Shown here piece by piece: positions 11,653 to 21,300 of a DNA stretch of 64,000 nt (positions are counted from its first letter, which is position 1; every line of letters begins with the position of its first letter). The translations under genes were made by a program, and so were the position numbers. The notes below the pieces were generated by a model that saw only the letters and a program-made list of their open reading frames with translations, made no database searches and was not told the origin of the DNA. Origin of the DNA: Leucoraja erinacea (Eukaryota); assembly GCF_028641065.1 (NCBI RefSeq), contig NC_073389.1, positions 21,824,001 through 21,888,000 on the forward strand, written 5' to 3'.

Positions 11653-13247
11653 AAGCACAGTGATGATTGAGTTGGGGTATCTGGTGCTGAGAAGTAGCAA
11701 CTCTACTGCTGCACCACTGTGCCGCCCCAATGAATGGATGCTAAACCTGATATTGAACCATGGTCGCTTTACCATTCCTTATGAATGTGAATATCTATAC
11801 TAAATATCCCAGCTTTATGGAATCTGCATCTTTTAGAATATCCCTGCGCATACAAATCAGTAACAAATGTCACATAAAAGGATGGTATCATTGATGTCCA
11901 TTTTTATCACACCCTTTCATTCTATGGACTTGAATTCTGGTATGAATTCAATTAAGTGCTAATTTATCAAATTCTCTGGAAATCCTTATCCCCCACATTG
12001 CTCTCGTCAATCCTCATTGATTACTCAATTAGATTTGTTGGTTTTCATTTTGGTTTGCTGGTTCCCATTAATTAATTGACTTTCAGCCAAGCGACCCTTA
12101 GGTTTTCCTGATTTATTGCTTGTCATAACAACTTCACAAGTGAGGATAACCAGAATGGCATTTAAATGCTGGGTTCTTCCTTAGGACCTTATCTTAAACA
12201 AGTGACAGAATGCTACAGTTCTTCAGTTGTCCTCCATGCCTGTTTCTGAGGATGGTTGGCCTGTCAAGGTGGGTGTCTCTATAATTTCTTTCCTCAACAA
12301 CCTAGGATACATCCCATTCAAACCTGCTGACCAACCTACTTTAAATATGGCTTGCCTTCCTCTTTATTGCATTTTAGCCTCTTAACTACCTTACCATCTC
12401 ATCTTTACCTCGATAAAGATAGAAGCAATTTACTAATCGAGTCAGCAGCTATCAACAGGTCACCATTTTTGGTCTCTAATGGGCTTCCCTTCCTCCCCAA
12501 CATTACTTACTGCCTGCTTGCTACCTATAGGACTATGGAAAATTTTTGTTCCTTTTTATGTTATTCAGTACATGTATATGACAGATTCAGAGGGATGTGA
12601 GCCAAACGCAGGCAGGTGGGACTAATATAGATGGGACATGCTGGTCAGTGTGGGCAAGTTGGGCCGAAGGGCTTATTTCCACACTGTATGACTATGACTG
12701 TCAACTCTCCTCCTAATGACTATATGCACCCAGTTATCATTTTTATAGTCAATCCAGTATTGATCAGAAGAAAATTAAGTTGTATTAAAAAATATTTTTT
12801 TTCCCTCGCCCCAGTGTGACCTAACCTCAGCCTAGTTCTGTGTCTTTTTCCTTTTTTTCTTTTTCTTTTTTTTTTTAATTTTGTATGAATTTATTGACAT
12901 TTAATCTATTCAATTAATTTGATCAATCTCTGTAAAGCACTTTGGTTCAAAGTGATTTTGTTTAAGTGCTATATAAATAAAAATTATTATTATTATTATT
13001 ATTCCCCTGTGCAGTAATATAAAATAGTAAGATTAAACGAGAACTTACCAGTTTGAAGTTTGATCTGTATTTTATGAGGAGTTACGATGAGGGATTACGT
13101 GAAGAAGCCCGCCCAGGGCGCAGGTGCGGCATGCTTCCAAGCAGCGGTGTGGAATCACAGACAGACACGTATTTGAAGTAACATAGTAAAGAACAAGGAG
13201 ACATCAATTATCAGTTTGATCCATGTAATGAGGGTGGGAGCGGAGGG

Positions 13248-13360
13248 CACGTAATCCCTCATCGTAACTCCTCATAAAATACAGATCAAACTTCAAACTG
13301 GTAAGTTCTCGTTTAATCTTACTATTTTACTTCGGAGTCACGTGAGTGACTTCGTGAAGA
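13248..13360 (-). repeat. Internal complementary region (ICR) of DIRS element A
   Basis: 13248-13328 is the reverse complement of 13021-13101. 13325-13360 is the reverse complement of the 5' terminus ending at 17860 (1 mismatch). Confidence 0.93.
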
Positions 13361-13525
13361 TTTCAAAGCTCTGTGATTTCAAACCGTGTAACAGTTTTAC
13401 TCACTCACTACCGAAAGCTCTTGAGGAAGGAAGTGTTATTGTAATCAACCAATGAATCTGTTTTGAAAACAAAACGGTATTTATTAACAATAACAAAAAG
13501 AAAAATAGCTCCCCCGGGCTTTAAA

Positions 13526-14635
13526 TTAAATATTTGCAGTTTCTAAAATGCTGGCTGCAAATACGTCAGGTTCCACCAACGGCTTATTATAAAATGTTCG
13601 GAATGTTGCTTCCCGTGACCATCCTGCTCTGTTGAGGATTATGTCAACAGGCACATCCATCTTTGCTGCCGATGATGTGGATGCTGCCCTGGTGGAATGA
13701 GATTTAAATATATTAATGTTTATTCCAGCAGCTTCCAAAACCTGTTTCAACCACCTTGAAATGGTTTGGCTCGTTACCCTGCCATGTGGCTTTCTGTGGC
13801 TGACCCATAAGGCTCTCTCACTTCCTCTGATATTGTGGGTTGTGTCTATGTAAATATTTATGTGGGTCACCACACACAATCGTGGCTCTAGTGGGTAAGC
13901 CCGGAATGCCACTAGCGTGTTGGATGTTCCTGGCCTGGACTGTTTTATCAGACCTTGTATAGTAAATGTGATCTGATCCGATGTTGAGTCCATGTTGTCC
14001 AGTCGAAGTTTATTTAAGGACTGGACCCTCTGTGCAGATACTAGCGCCATCAGCATGAGCGTTTTTAAAGTCAATTGCTCTAAACTGAGAGATCTTGCTG
14101 GTGGTCTGTCCCGAAGGTATGCGAGTACAACACTGACATCCCAGATTTTTGTATATCTAGGGGTGGGGGGCTTGCTGTTAAATATGCCCCTCATCAGTTT
14201 GACCACCAGCGGATGGGATCCCATGGCCTGGTGACCTGCAGGTTTGAGGTAATTAGAAAGTGCACTACGTGCCGTGTTGATGGCACTGTAGCTCATATCT
14301 TCACGATGATGTAAATCCGCCAGGAATTCCAGAACATCCGCTACTGTGGCTGTTTTGTAAGCAGTCCCCGTCTTCTGGCAGTACGTTTCCCATTTCCTGA
14401 TGCAGGTTAGGTACTGCCTCTTTGTGGATGTTCTTAGGGATGCTGACATGGTGGCGATGGTTTGTTGCGATAACCCCAGATCCAGATAAGGTCGGTCTAG
14501 AATCTGCAACCCAGGAGATTCATGTCTTTGTGGCATGGGTGGCTGATGCCTGATACTGGGTGAGTCAGTAACCCTGGATGACTGGGGAACACCATAGGTG
14601 CTTCCACCACCATATCCTGGAGAATTGGGAACCAT
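13526..14635 (-). CDS. DIRS tyrosine recombinase (true 5' end probably at splice acceptor 14503)
   Basis: Catalytic-type motifs SAQR, HSTR, AGW, FRTFY; N-terminal R.ST..QY...W and LSYSAIN-like region. Confidence 0.9.
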   Translation of the reverse strand: MVPNSPGYGGGSTYGVPQSSRVTDSPSIRHQPPMPQRHESPGLQILDRPYLDLGLSQQTIATMSASLRTSTKRQYLTCIRKWETYCQKTGTAYKTATVADVLEFLADLHHREDMSYSAINTARSALSNYLKPAGHQAMGSHPLVVKLMRGIFNSKPPTPRYTKIWDVSVVLAYLRDRPPARSLSLEQLTLKTLMLMALVSAQRVQSLNKLRLDNMDSTSDQITFTIQGLIKQSRPGTSNTLVAFRAYPLEPRLCVVTHINIYIDTTHNIRGSERALWVSHRKPHGRVTSQTISRWLKQVLEAAGININIFKSHSTRAASTSSAAKMDVPVDIILNRAGWSREATFRTFYNKPLVEPDVFAASILETANI

Positions 14636-16428
14636 GGCTGTGTAGGCCAGTCGGGCACTACCAAAACTCCAGACGCTGAATCCGTCTGGATTTTCCGAAG
14701 TACCCGACTAATGAGGCAGAAGGGAGGAAAGGCATAGAAAACAAACTTTCCCCAATCCAGCGTAAATGCGTCTACCGCTGCTGCCTCCGGATCTGGTTCC
14801 CACGCGACATAGATAGGTAGTTGGTGATTCAGTCTTGATGCAAATAAATCTATATCTGGCTTACCATATCGCTTTACAATTTTAGCGAATGTTTTAGGAT
14901 TTAACATCCATTCGATGTTGTCATTGAATTTCCGTGACCTGGTGTCCGCCACTGTGTTTAGCTTACCTGGTAGATAGGTAGCTGAAAGCCAAATATGTCT
15001 TTCGACACACCATTGCCAAATCGTATTGACCAATTTGTCGCATGATAAAGATTTTATGCCGCCCATATGGTTAATATAAGCCACCACCGTTGTATTATCT
15101 ATTTGTAATCTAACATGCAAGTGATGCATATTAGATGCATATGCTTTCAAACCATAAAAGGCGCCCAACATTTCCAAAGAGTTAATGCCCAGTGTAGATA
15201 GTAATGAGGATTCTGAGTTAGTCCATCTACCACCTGTGCTGGATATGGAGTTAGTTGCTCCCCAGCCTTGAGCACTAGCATCGGTTTGGAGTACTAAAGT
15301 AGCATTAGAAATAACAATAGGACTATAACTGTGCCAAATATATTGTATCCACCACTGTAGCTCTGATATTGCTTCAGGGGGTATAATCATGACCCGATCA
15401 TAATGACCTTTGTGCCGTTTTAGTGCCGTTATCTTTGCTCTTTGCAAATTTTGATAGTGCAAAGGTCCAAATTGGATAGCTGGAAATGCTGCTACCATTT
15501 TGCCAATTACTGTTGCCACTTGTCGAATAGTTGGTCTTTCCTTTATCTTTAAGTCATTACATGATTGTATCAATGCAATCATCTTTCCCCTTGGCAGGGT
15601 AATAGTCATTTGGACTGAGTTAATTGTGAACCCCAAATAGTCCATAATTGTGGATGGATTTAACTTGGATTTATCTGGATGTAAGACAAACCCTAGAGTC
15701 TCTAGGAGCTGTTTGGTAGCTGATACTGCTGCTACAGCCAATTCCATAGTTTTCCCAACTATGAGGATGTCGTCCAAATATGCCATGACTATATGGTTTT
15801 GTTTTCTTAACGTTGCCATGGCTGGCTTCAATATTTTAGTGAATAGTCTTGGAGCTGAAGTAAGCCCATTAGGCAGTGCTTTATACTGCCAAAGCTCCCC
15901 CATCCAGATAAATTTAAGATATCTGCTATAATCTTTATGTATAGGTACTAGATAGTAAGCATCTTTGAGATCGATGCTGGCCATATAGTATCCTTTGAAA
16001 ATCAGTTGTCTAGCAGTCACAAATGTTTCCATTTTGAAATGTATATACTTAACAAATACATTCAAGGATGTCAAGTCAATGATGATGCGACATCCACCAT
16101 CCTTTTTACTCTTAGTAAATATGTTGGAAACAAATTCCAAGGGCTCATGAATAGTTTTTTCTATGACCCCTTTGTTTATAAGCCTCACCAGTTCAGCTTG
16201 TCCCTCCTGTTGTTGTTTGTTGGAGAGTACAAATGCCCTCTCAGGCATGTGTTGAACTGGCGGTATATTTGAAATAAATTCTATTTTATACCCTCGAATA
16301 CTATTAAGTATATATTTATCATCTGTGATCCTCCCCCATGCATCTTTAAACAAGTGTAACCTTCCCCCTGTTAGTAATGCACCCTTATTCTCAATATGCG
16401 GGTAGGAACCAGATCCATCTACCTCCAT
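14497..16428 (-). CDS. DIRS pol: reverse transcriptase, RNase H and methyltransferase-like domain
   Basis: KKDGGCRIIIDL, IDLKDAY, LPNGL, YLDD; TDAS..GWG, IDN, NTVAD (RNase H); IDLFAS, YAFPPF, VPDWPTQPWF (MT-like). First ATG at 16428 (accATGG); frame is open further upstream. Confidence 0.93.
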   Translation of the reverse strand: MEVDGSGSYPHIENKGALLTGGRLHLFKDAWGRITDDKYILNSIRGYKIEFISNIPPVQHMPERAFVLSNKQQQEGQAELVRLINKGVIEKTIHEPLEFVSNIFTKSKKDGGCRIIIDLTSLNVFVKYIHFKMETFVTARQLIFKGYYMASIDLKDAYYLVPIHKDYSRYLKFIWMGELWQYKALPNGLTSAPRLFTKILKPAMATLRKQNHIVMAYLDDILIVGKTMELAVAAVSATKQLLETLGFVLHPDKSKLNPSTIMDYLGFTINSVQMTITLPRGKMIALIQSCNDLKIKERPTIRQVATVIGKMVAAFPAIQFGPLHYQNLQRAKITALKRHKGHYDRVMIIPPEAISELQWWIQYIWHSYSPIVISNATLVLQTDASAQGWGATNSISSTGGRWTNSESSLLSTLGINSLEMLGAFYGLKAYASNMHHLHVRLQIDNTTVVAYINHMGGIKSLSCDKLVNTIWQWCVERHIWLSATYLPGKLNTVADTRSRKFNDNIEWMLNPKTFAKIVKRYGKPDIDLFASRLNHQLPIYVAWEPDPEAAAVDAFTLDWGKFVFYAFPPFCLISRVLRKIQTDSASGVLVVPDWPTQPWFPILQDMVVEAPMVFPSHPGLLTHPVSGISHPCHKDMNLLGCRF

Positions 16429-16430
16429 GG

Positions 16431-17666
16431 TTATTGGCGGGGTTGAGGTTTTTTCTTTTTGAGTGTTCTCTGTCGACGTGCTGGCGATGTTGGGGGGAGG
16501 CGCATTTTCCAGGGGGTCCACTGCAGGCCCTGACCTAAAAAAGGTTTCTGGGGATAGTGCGGCCCCAAGCTTTGACCAGTCGCATATGCGGGATGCCGAC
16601 TGGTGGATGCAGCGGTGTGCTGCCGCCTGGGTGTAATGAAGAGCTTAGGTATATTTGCTGCCGGTGGTGCCCTCATGAGGCTAAAGGTCTTAGACGCCTC
16701 CTCCATCTCTTTGAGTTGTTTGTTCAAATCCTTCCCAAAAAGAAATGAATCGGTCTCTACTGATGGAGCTTTGCACAATCCTGCAAATTTAGGATTGAGG
16801 GCCGGCCTGATGTTGTCTCTTCTCAGGTTATTCAGCTCATATTGTGTCGTGCACATGAGCGCCAGGACATCCTGTTGGTGAGCTGTCATGTCTACGGTCT
16901 CGACACCCCGCGCATAGGCTGTTATAGCCGCCATCAGGAGGCGAAGTACGCGCTGGAGTTTGACCTCCTGAGTCCGAATCGGTCCCCCCACGTTGCCCCA
17001 TATTTGTGGATTGAGGCTCTTGACCTTGAGGGCCTCACAATTATCCGGGGCTATGTGCTCGTCCAGCACTTGGGCGAGCACCTTCTCCTGCAGTGGTTTG
17101 TTGGAGAGATGGTTTATACTGGCAGCCATTCTAGGCTGCAGTGGTGCTCCAACCCGTGGGGTAGCGACGAATCGGCTTACGACCCCTAGCAGCTCTTCCT
17201 GCACACCCTGCTCTCTTTCGGTTCCTTCCGCCTGCCCCATGTTCAGACCAGCCTGCCCCTGGTCACCGATGCTGACCTCCCATTCCTGGTCCGAGGTCGC
17301 AAAGGGAGGTGCCGGACTCAGCACCATGGAGGGGGCGCCTGTCCTGTCTGACCGAGAGCGCTGCTGCTCCCGGTAGACCATCCCCTCCAATAGCTGCTGG
17401 ATGCAGCTTAGGCGGCTGTCTCTCCCCCGCTTCGGGGTGGACATCTCCTCCTCCGACGAGTCGGAATCGACCGGCCGGTTTGTCTTTCGGGTGGCTTTCC
17501 CAGCCCGCCGTGTAGGCTCTGGCGTGACTGGGCCCGGCTCGGTCTGAGGAATTTCAAACCGCTGTTCCAGCGGTAGTACCGCTGGTTGCTGCCCCGCTGG
17601 AATTGACTCCTCTGGTGGAGTTAAAGCTCGGGCAGCTCTACTGGCGAGTTTTTTACGTTGGGACAT
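16431..17666 (-). CDS. DIRS ORF1 gag-like protein
   Basis: Long open frame from MSQRKKL, upstream of pol. P.NC..L..., RRDNIRPAL and LFGKDL motifs are also seen in elements B and C. Confidence 0.82.
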   Translation of the reverse strand: MSQRKKLASRAARALTPPEESIPAGQQPAVLPLEQRFEIPQTEPGPVTPEPTRRAGKATRKTNRPVDSDSSEEEMSTPKRGRDSRLSCIQQLLEGMVYREQQRSRSDRTGAPSMVLSPAPPFATSDQEWEVSIGDQGQAGLNMGQAEGTEREQGVQEELLGVVSRFVATPRVGAPLQPRMAASINHLSNKPLQEKVLAQVLDEHIAPDNCEALKVKSLNPQIWGNVGGPIRTQEVKLQRVLRLLMAAITAYARGVETVDMTAHQQDVLALMCTTQYELNNLRRDNIRPALNPKFAGLCKAPSVETDSFLFGKDLNKQLKEMEEASKTFSLMRAPPAANIPKLFITPRRQHTAASTSRHPAYATGQSLGPHYPQKPFLGQGLQWTPWKMRLPPTSPARRQRTLKKKKPQPRQ

Positions 17667-17974
17667 GTTTCTTCCAAAAACACCAACTCCAACTCGCTCC
17701 GTTCCCAACGCACCGTTCACTTACCTGATGGTGCGCTTTTAAAGTGCAGCTGGAGAGCCTGACTCCAGCTGCCGCCGCTGTTGCACTTGCTGGCGTAATG
17801 CCGCACCTGCGCCCTGGGCGGGCTTCTTCACGAAGTCACTCACGTGACTCTGAAGTAAAATTGAATTATATCCCTTCTTTTAAAGTCCTGATTTGTTGTC
17901 TGTGTATATCATTTAACAGTCTTCACTTGGTCTGAAGAGCAATCTTTGGTTTCACCAGCTCACAGATTTACTGT

Positions 17975-18205
17975 GTGGGAAGGAACTGCAGATGCTGATC
18001 TGTAGCAAAGATAGACACAAAATGCTGGAGTAACTCAACGGATCAGACAACATCTCCGGAGAAAAAGTAAAGGTCATGTTTCAGGTTGAACCCTTCATCA
18101 GACCAAAGAAGTCTGCAGAGGGGTTCTAAGTACAAACGTCACCAATTATTTTCTCTGGTGATGCTGCCTGACCCATTCAGTTGCCCTAGCATTTTGTACC
18201 TATCA
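17975..18205. mobile_element. Penelope-type inverted repeat pair (degenerate)
   Basis: aaatgctggagtaactc...cttcatcagac and gtctgcagag...aaacgtcacc...agcattttg arms. Confidence 0.6.
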
Positions 18206-18386
18206 CAGGGGTTAAACATGGGATCAGAAGCCTGATCTATATGAATCTCTGCTGATAAACCCCCCCAAAATCTCTTGCCAATTATGCACTTTGCCATTGA
18301 CAAAAGCTGTTGGATCACATACGAAATCATGCCTGTTATAGAGCCCGCTCAAGAATCTCCAACAAAAAAATCCTAATTATTTCCAT

Positions 18387-18744
18387 AAGACCGTAAAACC
18401 ATAAGACACAGGAGCAGAATTAGGCCATTAGGGCCATTAAGTCTGCTCCGCCATTCGATCATGACTGATCTATTTTTCCCATTCTCCTGCCTTCTCTCCA
18501 GAACCATTGATGCCGTACCTAATCAAGAACCTATCAATCTCTGCTTTAAAAATACCCAATGACTTGGTCGCCACAGCCGTCTGTGGCAATGAATTCACCA
18601 CCTTTTATCATTCCCCTTTCCCGTTATACCCTTTATCATGTATCTGTACACTGTGGATGACTCAATTGTAATCATGTATTGTCTTTCTGCTGACTGGTTA
18701 ACACGCACCAAGAGCTTTTCACTGTACCTCAGTACACGTGACAA
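18387..18744. mobile_element. CR1 3' end (minus) plus Rex1-type 3' tail (plus)
   Basis: gagcagaattaggccatt... CR1 tail; ttgtctttctgctgactggtta...ttcactgtacctc matches 26230-26330 in reverse. Confidence 0.6.
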
Positions 18745-18964
18745 NNNNNNNNNNNNNNNNNNNNNNNNNNNNNNNNNNNNNNNNNNNNNNNNNNNNNNNN
18801 NNNNNNNNNNNNNNNNNNNNNNNNNNNNNNNNNNNNNNNNNNNNNNNNNNNNNNNNNNNNNNNNNNNNNNNNNNNNNNNNNNNNNNNNNNNNNNNNNNNN
18901 NNNNNNNNNNNNNNNNNNNNNNNNNNNNNNNNNNNNNNNNNNNNNNNNNNNNNNNNNNNNNNNN
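18745..18964. other. Assembly gap (220 N)
   Basis: Run of N. Confidence 1.
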
Positions 18965-19142
18965 AAATTCCTCCTCATTTAATTTCCTTTAATTTTTAGG
19001 AAACCGCCTCCCTAAACATGGAGTCCAGCCAGAGCAGTGTAATGTAGACAAACTTGAAGCAGTATATCAGAACAGAGTTTGAATGAAAGTGAAGAATAAC
19101 GTTTTTGGCATCATCTCACATGAAAATGTGACAACAGCTTAC

Positions 19143-19175
19143 CAAAATTCTTCATCGTTCTTAATTGTAAATTTG
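19143..19175 (-). CDS. Candidate small cytoplasmic exon of the TIGIT-like gene (TNLQLRTMKNF)
   Basis: Acceptor ttcctctctgatgctgtag, donor TTG|gtaagc, 33 bp, phase 1-1 compatible. No homology support. Confidence 0.3.
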
Positions 19176-19871
19176 CTACAGCATCAGAGAGGAACACAGC
19201 AGAGTACGCTGTAACTGCACAGACACCTTTAACTCTCCTCCATTTGGTTGTGCCACTTAACTAGCTGGCAAGGTGACCTGTGTCAGCTATTAATTGAAGT
19301 ACCAAGTATCATGTTCTGCACTGACAACAGTTTTCTTAGAGCTGCAAGCATAAAAACTCATCTAAATTTCCCATTTTAAGTTATTTTTAAGCATCATTAA
19401 TTTTAGATATGGCAAAGATTATGAGAAAATCAATGGCGCTAATTTATGCAATTAGATAAATAGTTTAATATCCCTGTTAAAATAGCAGGAAGATATGTTT
19501 GAGACCTTCATTAAGAATTCTTCTACTAATATCCTATGATGTAATTTCAGTCTATTTGTCCTTTCTCTTTCCACAGACAGGACTAAATGTCATATGCATG
19601 AGTAGCATAATTCAATAACAAGTGTATTAATGTCCAGGATGATGTCAAACTTAGTCATGCAATACTGAAAGGAGGCCTGAGATCATCTTTAAATTAGAGA
19701 GCTCCTACTTTGGTTCTTCAGCATAATTATAACAAAAACACAAATGTAAAACTGATAATGTTGGAAGTGCTGAACAGATCCTTGAAACAAGCAGAGAGCC
19801 CACATTATGTTTGGTGATGAGAAAGGTTTAGCTAATAATATATGTTTAATAACAATCATACTATGCTGTGA

Positions 19872-20107
19872 AAGAAAAACACAGTGCTGGAGTAACTCAG
19901 CGGGTCAGGCAGCATCCCTGGAGAACATGAATAGGTGACATTTTGGGTTCAGACCATTCTTCGGACTGAATCTGAATTTGAATCTGAAGACGGATCCCGA
20001 CCTGAAACGTTACCTATCTATATTCTTCGGGATTCTGCCGGACCCACTGAGTTACTCCAGTACTTTGTGTCTTTTTTTGTAAACCCGCGTCTGTGGTTCC
20101 TTGTTTT
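19872..20107. mobile_element. Penelope-type inverted repeat pair
   Basis: gtgctggagtaactcagcgggtc and gacccactgagttactccagtac arms; ctgaagacggatcccgacctgaaacgtt core. Confidence 0.65.
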
Positions 20108-20844
20108 TCTATATTATACTGAGGTCTTATTTCACATTTGAAATGGGAAAGCACACACAGACCCTCGATTGCTGTAAGGCTGACTTCTGTGTGGCTACCA
20201 CAGGTGCTAAAGTATCTGTATCAGCCGTATCTGATAATGGGCAAAGATCTTTGGTAAAAAGTTGATAATCGGGTGGCATAGTGGCCTAGTTGCTGCCGTA
20301 CAGTGCCAGAGACCTGGGTTCAATCCTGTCTGTAAGGAGATTGTGCATTCTCCCTGTGGCTCCGTGACTTTTCTCCGGATGCTCCGGTTTCCTCCCACCT
20401 TTCCTCCCAAAAGACATACAGGTTTGTAAGTTAATTGGCTTCAGTAAAATTGTAAGTTGGCCTTAGTATGTAGGATAATGCTAGTGTACAGGGTGATCAT
20501 TGGTTGGTCTAAAGTTTAAGTACTCATGCCATGATGTGCTAAAGCTACCTGAATTAGCAATAGATTCACAGTTTGTGTAGAAGAAATGGTAGAAGAAATT
20601 GTGTTGTGTGTGTGTGTGTGTGCAGCCTAAAGCAAAGGTTACACTGACCATAATCTATCTCATGTATTTTAAGTAAGACATGCATGAATGAGATTATTTT
20701 AATGAAGCATCACCATTTAATCAGATGGGATCTGAGTTCTGAAGTTGTGTTCAGCTGCCCCAATAGAACTGTTAGGATCATACTAATGGCCTCATTAAAG
20801 CATGTAACTGTAAATGTGAAATAATGTTTACTTTAGATGGAGGG

Positions 20845-21300
20845 GTAATGTTGGGCACTATAGCACACATGTGATGGAAGTAATGTGCCCAATAGGAGAA
20901 ATGTACACTTTAACACACAAGTGATGGGAATAATGTTGCCCACTGTAGCGCACAAGTAGTGGGAGCAATGCCCACTCTGGCACACACATGATGGGAATAA
21001 TGTTGTGCCCTAAAGCACACAAGTAGTGGGAACAGTGTGCTCTATAGCTCACTCATGGGAGGGAGTGATGTTCACTATAACACACAACTGGTGGGAGTAA
21101 TGTACACCATAGCACACAAGTGATTGGAGAAATGTTGCACACTATAACACAAGTGCTGGGATGAATGCTGTGTACTATAACACACAAGTGATGTGCACTA
21201 TAGCACACACATGATGGAAGTAATGTTGTGCACTATGGCACATGTGTTGGGGAGTAATGTTCACTATAAGAGAAGTGGTGGGAGTGATATACTCATATAA
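20845..21300. repeat. Degenerate minisatellite, about 32-35-bp unit, about 14 copies
   Basis: Consensus approximately taatgttgtgcactatagcacacaagtgatgggaa. Confidence 0.8.

Larger units (their letters stand above)
13021..17860 (-). mobile_element. DIRS1-type tyrosine-recombinase retrotransposon, element A (full length, ORFs intact)
   Basis: TTTT at both ends. ITR pair 17798-17832 and 13098-13132. ICR 13248-13360 is complementary to the joined termini. gag-like, RT-RNaseH-MT and YR ORFs. Confidence 0.96.

Noticed and set aside
13526-16521. Phage/bacterial integrase plus methyltransferase (contamination or HGT)
   Set aside because: Both are standard DIRS1 components, enclosed by ITR/ICR and flanked by vertebrate repeats.
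18595-18992. ORFs spanning X runs
   Set aside because: Artefacts of the N gap.
20845-21300. Possible CRISPR-like array
   Set aside because: Units are contiguous and degenerate with no unique spacers or cas genes; the context is eukaryotic.
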